A DNA stretch of 64,000 nt from Leptolyngbyaceae cyanobacterium (GTDB taxonomy: Bacteria; Cyanobacteriota; Cyanobacteriia; Phormidesmidales; Phormidesmidaceae). Numbering within the stretch: the first letter of the stretch is position 1; each line of letters starts with the position of its first letter. Below the pieces are notes generated by a model. That model was not told the DNA's origin, did not search any database, and worked only from the letters and a program-made list of their open reading frames with translations. The position numbers and the translations under genes are program-made. The stretch spans positions 1,696,001 through 1,760,000 of the forward strand of contig CBDHHL010000056.1 in NCBI GenBank assembly GCA_965263355.1. The letters are read 5' to 3'. Below are positions 20,459-29,262 of this stretch, one piece after another.

Positions 20459-21292
20459 ATGAAATACGTTCCCCGTGAAATTGTTGATGAAGTCAATGTC
20501 ACGCCAGTACATCCGTTGGTTAATTTTGGCTATTTGATTGGCACCGTGGTGGTGACAGCTGTGACCATCTATGCGGGTCTTGGCATCGCGGGGGCTCAAA
20601 TTGCGGCAAGGATGGGACCCAAGGCAGAAGCTAAAGTCGGTGAGGTACTCTTTGAGAATGTATTTGCTGGCATGCCTCTTATCGAAACAGGGCCAGAATT
20701 TGAGTATGTTCAAACCCTCGCCGCATCATTAAAGAGTGAAGACTTAAACAAGCGACCTGAACTCAAGCTCCACATTCTGGATGAGCCCCTCCCCAATGCC
20801 ATGGTGTCAGCCGGGGGACACGTATTTGTCACCCAGGGCTTACTCGATCAGGCTGAGTCGGAAAATGAGCTAGCGTTTGTGCTGGCCCATGAGCTGGGGC
20901 ACTATGAAAATCGCGATAATCTTCGTAGTCTAGGGCGTTCGCTAGTATTTTTAAGTTTGAATAGTGTTTTGGCAGCGACTGGTGTGCAGCTACCGTCATT
21001 TTTAATCGGCTCGATGAATTTGGCTGATTTACACTACAGTCGCGACCAAGAACAAAAGGCTGACGTGTATGCCTTTGAAATCATGTTCGAGCGCTATGGC
21101 CATGTGGACCATACTCTGGACTTCTTTGAGCGGTTAAATGCTCAGGAATTTGACTTGGGGGTGGCTGACCAATTCTTGGAATGGCAGTCTACCCATCCGC
21201 TGACTGAGTCACGGATTGACTATTTAGAAGCGTTGGCAACTGAACGGGGCTGGGCGTTAGAAGGAGAGCCAACGGCATTACCAAATCAGTAA
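20459..21292 (+). CDS. M48 family Zn metallopeptidase
   Basis: NAMVSAGG, ELAFVLAHELGH (HExxH), YSRDQEQKAD, STHP...RI; ATG at 20459. Confidence 0.92.
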   Translation: MKYVPREIVDEVNVTPVHPLVNFGYLIGTVVVTAVTIYAGLGIAGAQIAARMGPKAEAKVGEVLFENVFAGMPLIETGPEFEYVQTLAASLKSEDLNKRPELKLHILDEPLPNAMVSAGGHVFVTQGLLDQAESENELAFVLAHELGHYENRDNLRSLGRSLVFLSLNSVLAATGVQLPSFLIGSMNLADLHYSRDQEQKADVYAFEIMFERYGHVDHTLDFFERLNAQEFDLGVADQFLEWQSTHPLTESRIDYLEALATERGWALEGEPTALPNQ

Positions 21293-21326
21293 TCTTGGTG
21301 AGAGTGGCTATGATGGTGGCACAGTC

Positions 21327-21703
21327 TTGAAGCTACACGATGCCTATCTTAGAAAACGTCAGCAGGTACTTGGAAGTCGCACACATTTCGTAGAAATCGA
21401 CTTACTACGAGGCGGACGCCCTTTACCGATCAAGGGAGGACTATCTTCCGACTATCGAATTTTGATCAGCCGTAGTGATGAGCGTCCTCAGGCACAGCTT
21501 TATGGATTTAACCTAGATCGAGAGATTCCAGTATTTGAGGTGCCATGCAAGACGACGACGTATCACCGACGCTACAGCTACAACCGCTAGTCAACCGGGT
21601 ATATGATAAGGCACGTTTTGAGCTGACCATTGACTACGACCAAACACTTTCACCAACGCTCAGTAATTCAGAACTGAAGAAGAAGATATCTACGGTTCTC
21701 TGA
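21327..21703 (+). pseudogene. DUF4058-family remnant, 5'-truncated and frameshifted near 21546
   Basis: YLRKRQQVLGSRTHFVEIDLLRGG...LYGFNL..IPVFEVP, then a shifted frame continues QDDDVSPTLQLQPLVNRVYDKARFELTIDYDQ to TGA 21701-21703. Confidence 0.8.
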
Positions 21704-21798
21704 AGAAATAGCTTATAAAGCCTATTCATCTAACATCCACTTGTATCGAGTTCCTCAAGCTAGGATGAAACCAGGAGCGATTTTACTATCCCTATCCT

Positions 21799-22410
21799 AT
21801 GGCTGAGCCAGTCACCCTCGAAGACATCTACGCTATATTTCAGCGGTCTCAAGAAGAAGCAGACCGACGGGCCGCTGAAGCAGACCGACGGGCCGCTGAG
21901 TCCAAAGCCGCATTTGAGCAACGTATGGTTGAAGCAGATAAACGTCTTGCTAAAGCTGAAGCGATCGCAGCTCAAGCCAACAAAGCCGTTAATAGTCTTA
22001 CCAGTCGCTGGGGGCAGTTTGTAGAAAACCTGGTAGCTCCCGGTGCAATTCGCATGTTTCGCGCTAAGGGCATTGATGTTAAAGAAATCCACACTCGCAT
22101 GAAAGTTAAGCGAGGGGATATCAATATGGAAGTTGATATCTTTGCGGTGGATGATACGGAAGCGGTGGCCATTGAGGTCAAGTCTCGCCTTACCCAAGAG
22201 GCCGTCAAGCACTTTATCCAGAATCTACAGAAGTTTAAATTAGCTTTTCCGGTCTATCGTGACTATCACATCTACGGTGCGGTGGCGGGCATCGAAATCG
22301 ATGAAGGTGCTGATCGCTATGCTTATAAGCAAGGGCTGTTCGTCATTCGTCAATCTGGTGATGCGGTAGAAATCGACAACGATGACGACTTTAAGCCAGT
22401 TACCTGGTAA
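21799..22410 (+). CDS. DUF3782-like coiled-coil + PD-(D/E)XK nuclease-fold protein
   Basis: N-terminal EADRRAA repeats; WGQFVE, MEVDIFA..AIEVKSRL, YGAVAG, GLFVIRQSG. Confidence 0.85.
   Translation: MAEPVTLEDIYAIFQRSQEEADRRAAEADRRAAESKAAFEQRMVEADKRLAKAEAIAAQANKAVNSLTSRWGQFVENLVAPGAIRMFRAKGIDVKEIHTRMKVKRGDINMEVDIFAVDDTEAVAIEVKSRLTQEAVKHFIQNLQKFKLAFPVYRDYHIYGAVAGIEIDEGADRYAYKQGLFVIRQSGDAVEIDNDDDFKPVTW
21856..21897 (+). repeat. 21-bp perfect tandem repeat (2 copies), in frame
   Basis: GAAGCAGACCGACGGGCCGCT x2, encoding EADRRAA. Confidence 0.95.
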
Positions 22411-22478
22411 CCGTCAGGTAAGGCTACTGCGACCAGTTTTAAAGCTGGATTGGACTATTTTTTGTTTGAAATTTGAAA

Positions 22479-22844
22479 TTAGTTGCGCTTGTGTGCCAAT
22501 AAAGCAGTTATCAAAACACTGATAATGCCTGAACCGACCATTGGAACCGTTAAGATCATGAAGATTATCACAATAGCAAGGTCATCAGGGTCATCATTGT
22601 CGGGAGCATCAAGTACCTGGCCAACCATAAGCAGAAGCCCAATAAACATTAAGAGCAACAGCGCAATATGCATTAGAAACGAGATTACGAGACCTCGCCT
22701 TTGCCACTTATAAAAAGCCAACTTTAATAGCCAAAGGGGCCAGGCAAGAATAAATAGATAGACTATCCGAAGCACCCGCAACAAATCTTGCAGAAATATC
22801 GGATCGTCCAGAAATGATGCGTTATTAGCAAAAACTAACATCAC
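22479..22844 (-). CDS. Hypothetical membrane protein (about 3 TM)
   Basis: Hydrophobic, AT-rich 121-aa ORF; start uncertain. Confidence 0.6.
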   Translation of the reverse strand: MMLVFANNASFLDDPIFLQDLLRVLRIVYLFILAWPLWLLKLAFYKWQRRGLVISFLMHIALLLLMFIGLLLMVGQVLDAPDNDDPDDLAIVIIFMILTVPMVGSGIISVLITALLAHKRN

Positions 22845-22967
22845 AACCCTATAAAGACCACGAGTTAACTATCGCAGCCTCAACGTAGGAAAAAGGCTGA
22901 ATAAGTAGGTCATTCAAAGGCGGATTCTAGCTTAGCCGCATCAAATGTTTGGATGTATGGCAAGGGA

Positions 22968-23714
22968 TTACAACAAGTACTGGAGAAGCCGACTACAAGC
23001 AGCCCAAGAGAGCTGCTGCTTGTAGCATCGTAAATGTTCAATTAATTTCAACTTCTGAACATGGGGAAACCAGGGGCGCAGTAGCTTAGCAACGTATGTG
23101 CTGATAAATAAGCCCTGAACCAACGTGGTTACATTGGCAGGGCGTCGATCTAAGCTCGCTCCACTAAAATCAATGAGAATCGGACCTGCAGATCGCACTA
23201 AAGCATGGGCCGTAATACAGCGCAAATCGCCATGGTCAAGTCCTAGTTGATCTAACCTGTATGCCTGATGAATTAGCTGAGACACGACCGCATGAATCAT
23301 GTCGGCAGACTGCGATGCTTGCAGCCAGTCCACTAGCATAGGACCACTGATATAGTCCATCAGTAAAAAGTTGTCGCTGTGGGCAATGTACTGTGGCCCC
23401 ACATTTACGGTATTGGCCCGCATTAACATGGCCGATTCTATCCGTAAGCTAGCTTGGGGGGCAGGTTCTCGTAGTGCTTTTAGCACTCTGTCTTGCCCCT
23501 TGTGGCGCACTCGTAGTACCACGCCGCAGTAGCCCACCCCCAGAATTTCTACCCCCACTAAGGTTGCTGGACCATAGGCATAAATAGCGTCGATACCCAA
23601 TGTTTGTAGCTCAGCCCAGCGATGAGTCAGCGCATCTTCATCTCCGTTAGGATAGGCCAGTAGCTGTCGGGCTGGACTATGCCAAAACTCCTCTAGGTTC
23701 AAGGTTTTGGCCAT
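22968..23714 (-). CDS. Atypical Ser/Thr protein kinase (RIO/Bud32-like fold, COG2112-like)
   Basis: Gly loop LGVGYCGVV, VLK, LMDYISG, LDHGDL, IDFSGAS..RRPANVT. Confidence 0.75.
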   Translation of the reverse strand: MAKTLNLEEFWHSPARQLLAYPNGDEDALTHRWAELQTLGIDAIYAYGPATLVGVEILGVGYCGVVLRVRHKGQDRVLKALREPAPQASLRIESAMLMRANTVNVGPQYIAHSDNFLLMDYISGPMLVDWLQASQSADMIHAVVSQLIHQAYRLDQLGLDHGDLRCITAHALVRSAGPILIDFSGASLDRRPANVTTLVQGLFISTYVAKLLRPWFPHVQKLKLIEHLRCYKQQLSWAACSRLLQYLL

Positions 23715-23720
23715 CAGCTC

Positions 23721-24488
23721 CTATGCGCATAATTGGCGGGCCAGAGCCACCGTGAAGTAAGTCGCATCGCCCGCATCACCAGCTAATACGTTGAAGGGTG
23801 TTTCTGGAGTACCTAAGTCACTAAGAACGAGTTTAGCGCCTGTAAAGTCCTGGGCTTTGGTGTATTCGTTAACGGTAACGACCGTCTTTAGACCAGTGGG
23901 TGTAGCCGATAGCAACCCATTATTAGTATCTTCAAAGGCTAAACAGCTGTCAGCAGGTAGGTCCAGATGTTCTAGAGCATATTCGTAAATATCGGGAGCA
24001 GGCTTTTTCTTGGGCACCATGTCCCCTGCGGCGATCACGTCAAACCAGTTAAGGCTTTCGGCACCAAGGGTGTTTTCGAGTAAGGCTTGGACGTTGGCGG
24101 GGGTAGTGGTGGTGGCGATCGCAAGTCTCACCCCTTCACTCCGCGCTTCATTTAACAACCGCTCCACCCCCGGACGCAGGGGAATTTTGCCCGCCGCCGC
24201 ATACTGCTTGTAGTAGTTAGTCTTAGTCGCATGAAGATGCTTAATCATGGCATCTAAATCACTAAACGACCCAGGCAGCTGAAAATCGCTGAGATAGTCC
24301 TGCACATAGGCGCGAATCCGTTCCTTACCCCCTGACACCTTGAGTAGCTTGCCGTAGAGTTCTGGTGTCCAGTCCCAAGCTAAACCAGTATCTGCAAAGG
24401 CTTGGTTAAAAGCGGGCCGATGGCCATCCCGCTCAGTTTCAGCCAGGGTACCATCCACATCAAAAATCAACGCCTTTAACTCAGCCAC
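23721..24488 (-). CDS. cbbY: HAD-IA hydrolase, CbbY family
   Basis: IFDVDGTLAETERDGHRPAFN, GGKERI, LRPGV, IATTT, KKPAPDIY, AFEDTNNG. Confidence 0.9.
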   Translation of the reverse strand: MAELKALIFDVDGTLAETERDGHRPAFNQAFADTGLAWDWTPELYGKLLKVSGGKERIRAYVQDYLSDFQLPGSFSDLDAMIKHLHATKTNYYKQYAAAGKIPLRPGVERLLNEARSEGVRLAIATTTTPANVQALLENTLGAESLNWFDVIAAGDMVPKKKPAPDIYEYALEHLDLPADSCLAFEDTNNGLLSATPTGLKTVVTVNEYTKAQDFTGAKLVLSDLGTPETPFNVLAGDAGDATYFTVALARQLCA

Positions 24489-24591
24489 AGACCACTCCTG
24501 CTAACTAAAATATTTAAAGTTGATTTTACCGTCATTGGGAAACCGCCCATAGCGCGCAAATAACATCCCTGGGACTACAAATTTTCAACTC

Positions 24592-24634
24592 GTAGGGTTT
24601 GCTACAAACATGCAGTTAATCTGCTTGATATGTT
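24592..24634 (+). promoter_or_regulatory. Putative NtcA-activated promoter on the + strand
   Basis: GTA-GGGTTTGC-TAC (24592-24605), 23-nt spacer, TATGTT (24629-24634) preceded by TGn. Confidence 0.55.
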
Positions 24635-24640
24635 GTAGTT

Positions 24641-24780
24641 GAACGATGAAATCGAGTAGCCCAATAGATAGTTGGTGCTGTACTACGATGCAATTGTCGT
24701 TCACATACTCATGTGCCTAATCAGGCATTTCTCGAAGCGTTTCAACAAGAGACTCAGCCATCTGGCTGGGCTCTTTTTTT
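24641..24780 (+). ncRNA. Candidate structured small RNA (or sORF transcript)
   Basis: Lies between an NtcA-type promoter and a + strand intrinsic terminator; hairpins at 24640-24703 and 24713-24728; both flanking genes are on the - strand. Confidence 0.4.
24747..24780 (+). terminator. Intrinsic terminator (U-tract on the + strand; may also serve ghrA)
   Basis: AAGAG-A-CTCAGCC-ATCT-GGCTGGG-CTC followed by T7. Confidence 0.7.
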
Positions 24781-24802
24781 GTGTTATTGAGACTTTGGGA
24801 TA

Positions 24803-25729
24803 TCAATATCCCTGCTGAATATCCACCTGATTTAGCAAGGGTTGCCCATTTTGCATGCGTCGATAGTTTTCAACGATTTGTGGTGCAACCGAAACAGGAT
24901 TCGTCAAGCTGGCAATGTGGGGTGTAACGATCACCTTGGGATGAGACCAAAAAGGATGCTCTTGGGGTAGGGGTTCCTGACGAAATACATCCAAACAGGC
25001 ACCCGCTAAATGATTACTGTTTAGCAGTGAGAGTAAATCTTCTTCCACTAAATGATTGCCTCGGGCTACATTCACCACATAGGCTCCTTTGGGAAGCTGA
25101 CTCAGCGTTTTGGTATTAAGAATGCTCTCGGTTTCAGTGGTTAATGGCAATAAACACACCAGGATGTCACTGGCAGCTAAAAAGTCCGATAGGTGTTGTC
25201 CAGAGAATACTTGCACCCCGGCAATAAACTTGGCGCGGCGAGACCAGCCTACAACTTGAAACCCTACCTGGACCAGGCGAGTAGCGACAGCACTACCAAT
25301 TTGTCCTAGACCCATTACACCGACGGTGACATCGTTGATATTGCATGATGTCAAGGGCTGCCACTGCCACTGTTGTTGCTGCTGGACATAGTCAGGAAAC
25401 TGACGTACATGGTTGAGGGTGGCCGCTAAAACATAGTCCCCCATCTGACTGACTAGCTGTGGGTCAACCATGCGTACGACGACAGACTGTGGCGGAATTG
25501 AACGATCCTGCAGTAAATTATCCACCCCGGCTCCCATGGATGAAATTACTCGCAGATTGGGATACTGGGAAAAAACTCCCTGGGGCTGGGCCCAAACCAG
25601 GGCAAAGGTTATATCAGTTTTATCGCCATCGTCAGGCCACATCCGTAGGTCTATTTCTGGATCGATAGCTTTGATGGCAGCCGCCCAAGGTGCAGGGTCT
25701 TTGGTTGGACAAATTAAACTCAGAGTCAT
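24803..25729 (-). CDS. ghrA: Glyoxylate/hydroxypyruvate reductase A (D-2-hydroxyacid dehydrogenase)
   Basis: SMGAGVD, GVMGLGQIG, LLPLT.ET, VNVARG, LDVF..EPLP..HPFW, TPHIAS. Confidence 0.88.
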   Translation of the reverse strand: MTLSLICPTKDPAPWAAAIKAIDPEIDLRMWPDDGDKTDITFALVWAQPQGVFSQYPNLRVISSMGAGVDNLLQDRSIPPQSVVVRMVDPQLVSQMGDYVLAATLNHVRQFPDYVQQQQQWQWQPLTSCNINDVTVGVMGLGQIGSAVATRLVQVGFQVVGWSRRAKFIAGVQVFSGQHLSDFLAASDILVCLLPLTTETESILNTKTLSQLPKGAYVVNVARGNHLVEEDLLSLLNSNHLAGACLDVFRQEPLPQEHPFWSHPKVIVTPHIASLTNPVSVAPQIVENYRRMQNGQPLLNQVDIQQGY

Positions 25730-25880
25730 GAGCTAAGTATGTACATTAACAAACTTAAGGCTTCTACAAACAACGTTGGCCTCGACTTCGCTCAGCCAAC
25801 TTGCTAGCCAGAGCCAGTGATCCTTATCTCCTCTGAGTATCGATAAAAACGACCTTGCTTAGGAGACACTGACTAAAAAA

Positions 25881-28250
25881 CTAAGGATGAAACCGTAAAC
25901 GATGCCATCCTCCTAAAAATACGAGCCAACTGATTACCACTAGCCAGTGAAATCCAGCAACGGTCCATAAAGACCCTGTATTGCCATAGATAAATACACA
26001 GCTCAGTCCTAATAATGCCGTTAGCCCGATAAAGAGTGGGCGACTAAATAATGATGTTAAATGATGCCTGAAAATGATCGCCTGAAGAGGGTGGCTCACG
26101 ACAAATAGAGTCAGACTTAAGATGGCCCACAGCATAAAGGTGTTGGCTAGTACGCTTTCTGTAGGATGGGGCAACAGCAAGACTCGGAAGATCACTTCTT
26201 CTAGGATGGCGGGGACAAGCAAAGCCTGTAGCAAGCGTAAACTTAATTGGCTAGGACGGACAGTGCCCAGAATATTGTGAAATGACAGAAGCTTTCCCCA
26301 GATGCCAAGGGGAATAGCGATCGCACCGTAGCCAATGGCCACACCAAGCGTCATCAACCAATCACCAATACTGGGCAAACGTAGGGCCTCAATCAAGCGC
26401 GAAAAGGCTGTGGGAATGAAAAAATACTGACCAAACAGTTCTGTTGGTGCTAGTGGCAGAATACTTGGATCGTTTCCCCCCACTTGATTCGTCCTGAGAA
26501 ATCGCAGTGTGGCCCCTTGATCAAAGAAGATAGTAGCCAGCTGATCATAGGCAACTCGCGGAATAATGGTGCGCCAACTCAGTAATTGTGTGGCCAAATT
26601 GGTTTTATTATCCAGGGACTGATCACGGATCCCTGCCAAGACTTCAGAATTCTGCTGCCAGTCAGGTCGCACAATGCCTACGGGCACCAGGGCATTTTCC
26701 AGACGCTCGCCTAACCTTGCCAAGGGCTGGAGTATTTGCGGATCAACGGGTGGCTGCTGACGTACCTGCGCTTCAATTTGCTTGATAGTCTTGTACAGGG
26801 CCTGACTTGAATCTTGGATACAGGATTGAGCCGGTGTCACAATAGCGGCTCCAGTGCCATCGCCCACTCGATAGCGAGCGGTCATAATTTGCAATTGGCG
26901 TTCCAGTATCCTCAAGGGATTAATGTTGGGCTGGCTATAATCTTGGGTCAAGATATCCAGCTTGATAATGGCATCAGAGATGGGGCGTGTGCCTAACCAC
27001 CCCCGTTGTAAATTACCCATGTACTCAGCCCAGCTGAGCTTACCGGACACAATCCCATTGGGGTTATGGGCATAGACCTGATGGTAGTCAATATCAAACC
27101 GTAGTTTTTGGGTAATGACATCGCGTACTACGGTGGCAATGCCATAGGCAAAGTGGCCAGTGACGGTACCGATAACTGAGGGGGTTTCTGCTTGGTCGCC
27201 ACCAATACCACCAAAAATATGGAGTACTAGCCCTTGATCGCCTTCCTGCCATTCAGTTTGGCCTAGCTGCACAGTCTGGATAGTGCCTTTGCGATCGCTC
27301 GTCCGTCGCCAATTGCCAAAGTTAATATAATTGAGCCCATCGCTAGGATCCGTAATGGTGATATTCGGGGCTAATTCAAACAAGGCCCGTGGAGCCATTG
27401 CTCGCACAACGAACTGGCCTTGGTCATTAGGGCTGCCATAGATATACCAGCCTAGATTACCCGCAGGTGACTGCTCCAGCTGTTCCAGATTAAACTGGCG
27501 GATGCCATTAATGGCAGGAATGTCTGGCAAATAAATAACGTCTGTAGCCCCATCAAACACTTGGGAGTCTGGGTTGTAATGACGCACCTGAAATTTCTGG
27601 CAGACCGATGGACAAGTGGTTTTTATTGGCGCGGACGATGCTATTTCGACCAAGCCATAAAACCGTTCAGCTATCTGTGTTGGCTCTTGGTTGATGGCCA
27701 GAGTATTTCCTTGTTGTCTGACATCTGCAAGGGCAACGAGTACATCATCTCTAGGGCGTGCCCCCGCTAAAGATTGCAAGGGACCAACCTGCTGCCATCC
27801 ATCCAGTCTAGACGGATGGACTTTTCCAGCTTGCTGACTCCCATAGGCATCAGAGCTAAAATTTACAGCCCGACTAACCAGACTGACATAATCGTCAATG
27901 TCGGTATTAGACTGCCAGGTCAATATAACGGTTTGCCCAATCAAGGCCTGGACAGGTGAGTGGAGCACTTCGAACCAAACCCAGTCTCCTGAAAGCTTTT
28001 GAATATCCCCTACCTGAGGTAATATCAACCGCCCAATCCACGCAGCCACTGGCTGATAATGGTCCGGCGGTTCAACAATAGGAGTCACTAAGGTACTGGA
28101 ACCAGTCAAATTATCATAGTTTGACACCCGCAAAGTCTCAGGTTCAGCACATCCTGTAATTCCTAGTGCAAAAATCAGGACAAGACTTAACCCTCGCCCC
28201 CATAGCCATCTTCCCAGGGGACTTTGCCAAAAAGCTGAAACACAACTCAC
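25881..28250 (-). CDS. CPBP (CAAX/Abi) intramembrane protease fused to a large N-terminal exported domain
   Basis: Lipobox-like LGITGC; C-terminal TMs with EEVIFR, FVVSH and GSLW...HW. Confidence 0.8.
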   Translation of the reverse strand: MSCVSAFWQSPLGRWLWGRGLSLVLIFALGITGCAEPETLRVSNYDNLTGSSTLVTPIVEPPDHYQPVAAWIGRLILPQVGDIQKLSGDWVWFEVLHSPVQALIGQTVILTWQSNTDIDDYVSLVSRAVNFSSDAYGSQQAGKVHPSRLDGWQQVGPLQSLAGARPRDDVLVALADVRQQGNTLAINQEPTQIAERFYGLVEIASSAPIKTTCPSVCQKFQVRHYNPDSQVFDGATDVIYLPDIPAINGIRQFNLEQLEQSPAGNLGWYIYGSPNDQGQFVVRAMAPRALFELAPNITITDPSDGLNYINFGNWRRTSDRKGTIQTVQLGQTEWQEGDQGLVLHIFGGIGGDQAETPSVIGTVTGHFAYGIATVVRDVITQKLRFDIDYHQVYAHNPNGIVSGKLSWAEYMGNLQRGWLGTRPISDAIIKLDILTQDYSQPNINPLRILERQLQIMTARYRVGDGTGAAIVTPAQSCIQDSSQALYKTIKQIEAQVRQQPPVDPQILQPLARLGERLENALVPVGIVRPDWQQNSEVLAGIRDQSLDNKTNLATQLLSWRTIIPRVAYDQLATIFFDQGATLRFLRTNQVGGNDPSILPLAPTELFGQYFFIPTAFSRLIEALRLPSIGDWLMTLGVAIGYGAIAIPLGIWGKLLSFHNILGTVRPSQLSLRLLQALLVPAILEEVIFRVLLLPHPTESVLANTFMLWAILSLTLFVVSHPLQAIIFRHHLTSLFSRPLFIGLTALLGLSCVFIYGNTGSLWTVAGFHWLVVISWLVFLGGWHRLRFHP

Positions 28251-28290
28251 GACTCACCGCCTTACCCAACAATTTGAGCTTGACGCAATC

Positions 28291-29262
28291 CTAGTACAGC
28301 AGGCAAGCCGTAGGGAAAATCAAGTACTCGATAAAAAATAATTTCCAGATGAACTGATAATAGTCCTTAAAATTCAGACTAGCTGTATCGGTTTCATCAG
28401 TAGTGTTTAGCATGGCTTGACGGCTTAGGTACCAAAAATAAGCCAGGGCTAAGCCGTGGGTAACCATTAAAAATTTGACATTGATGCCGGGGATAAATAG
28501 AGCCCCAATTATGAGACTGCCGTAACAAATAGTCAGCATCCACCAGACGAAGGTTATAGCCCTAGCTGTGGCTAAAGCGTTACTGATGCTGTTACGTAAG
28601 TCTTTTAGTAGTGCGATCGCACTACTAAATACCAGCACTACCAGCGTTAGCACCCACACCCGTCCAGGCACCTGGGGTAGCAATCCTAACTGACTGGAAG
28701 CATGGAGAAAAATACCTAAGTTGACCACTGCGCCCCGCACCAGCAAGGTACATAACGAAGCCAATAGGGGAAATCGCTTTAACCGTAACGGTGGCAGGGA
28801 ATAGGCGGTGCCAATAGCTAAACTTAGCCAGACCGTCACTACCAGATAAAGGCTGTTGGAAACCACTGCCAATAAAATAGCTCCACTGCAGGCAATACCG
28901 ACCAGCATCTTGGCCTGAGGAGTAGAAAATTCGCCCGCCGGAATGGGTAAATAGGGCTTATCAACCCGATCAGTAGCAACATCCTCAATCTGGTTTAGAC
29001 CAACGATGTAGATATTGGTACATATGCAGGCTAACCACGTCAGCCAGAGGGCACTTCCCCCCTGCCACACATGAAATGTGCCAGGAGATAACCCAGCCGG
29101 ATGACGAGCTGCCCAAGCAATGCCAAATAAGCCCAGTACACTCAGGCTAGTACTGACAATAGTGTGGGGTCGAGAAAACCTCCAGAATGCACGCAACCAG
29201 GGGATTGGGCTTTGTAATAGATTTAGAGATGAAGGACTCAGTGCTGATTTAGTCATCGGCAT
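28291..29262 (-). CDS. Homogentisate phytyltransferase-like UbiA prenyltransferase (second Asp motif missing)
   Basis: FSRPHT, NIYIVGLNQIEDV..D..DKPYLP, YSLPPLRLKRFP, YQFIWKLF. Confidence 0.85.
   Translation of the reverse strand: MPMTKSALSPSSLNLLQSPIPWLRAFWRFSRPHTIVSTSLSVLGLFGIAWAARHPAGLSPGTFHVWQGGSALWLTWLACICTNIYIVGLNQIEDVATDRVDKPYLPIPAGEFSTPQAKMLVGIACSGAILLAVVSNSLYLVVTVWLSLAIGTAYSLPPLRLKRFPLLASLCTLLVRGAVVNLGIFLHASSQLGLLPQVPGRVWVLTLVVLVFSSAIALLKDLRNSISNALATARAITFVWWMLTICYGSLIIGALFIPGINVKFLMVTHGLALAYFWYLSRQAMLNTTDETDTASLNFKDYYQFIWKLFFIEYLIFPTACLLY

Noticed and set aside
22905..22965. Possible further copies of the 57-bp hairpin element (also near 28270 and 57475)
   Set aside because: Only one arm resembles the consensus and the spacing does not fit.
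25775..25800. GTTGGC-CTCGACTTCGCTCA-GCCAAC small hairpin resembling a dispersed repeat
   Set aside because: Single copy in this window, so a family cannot be shown here.
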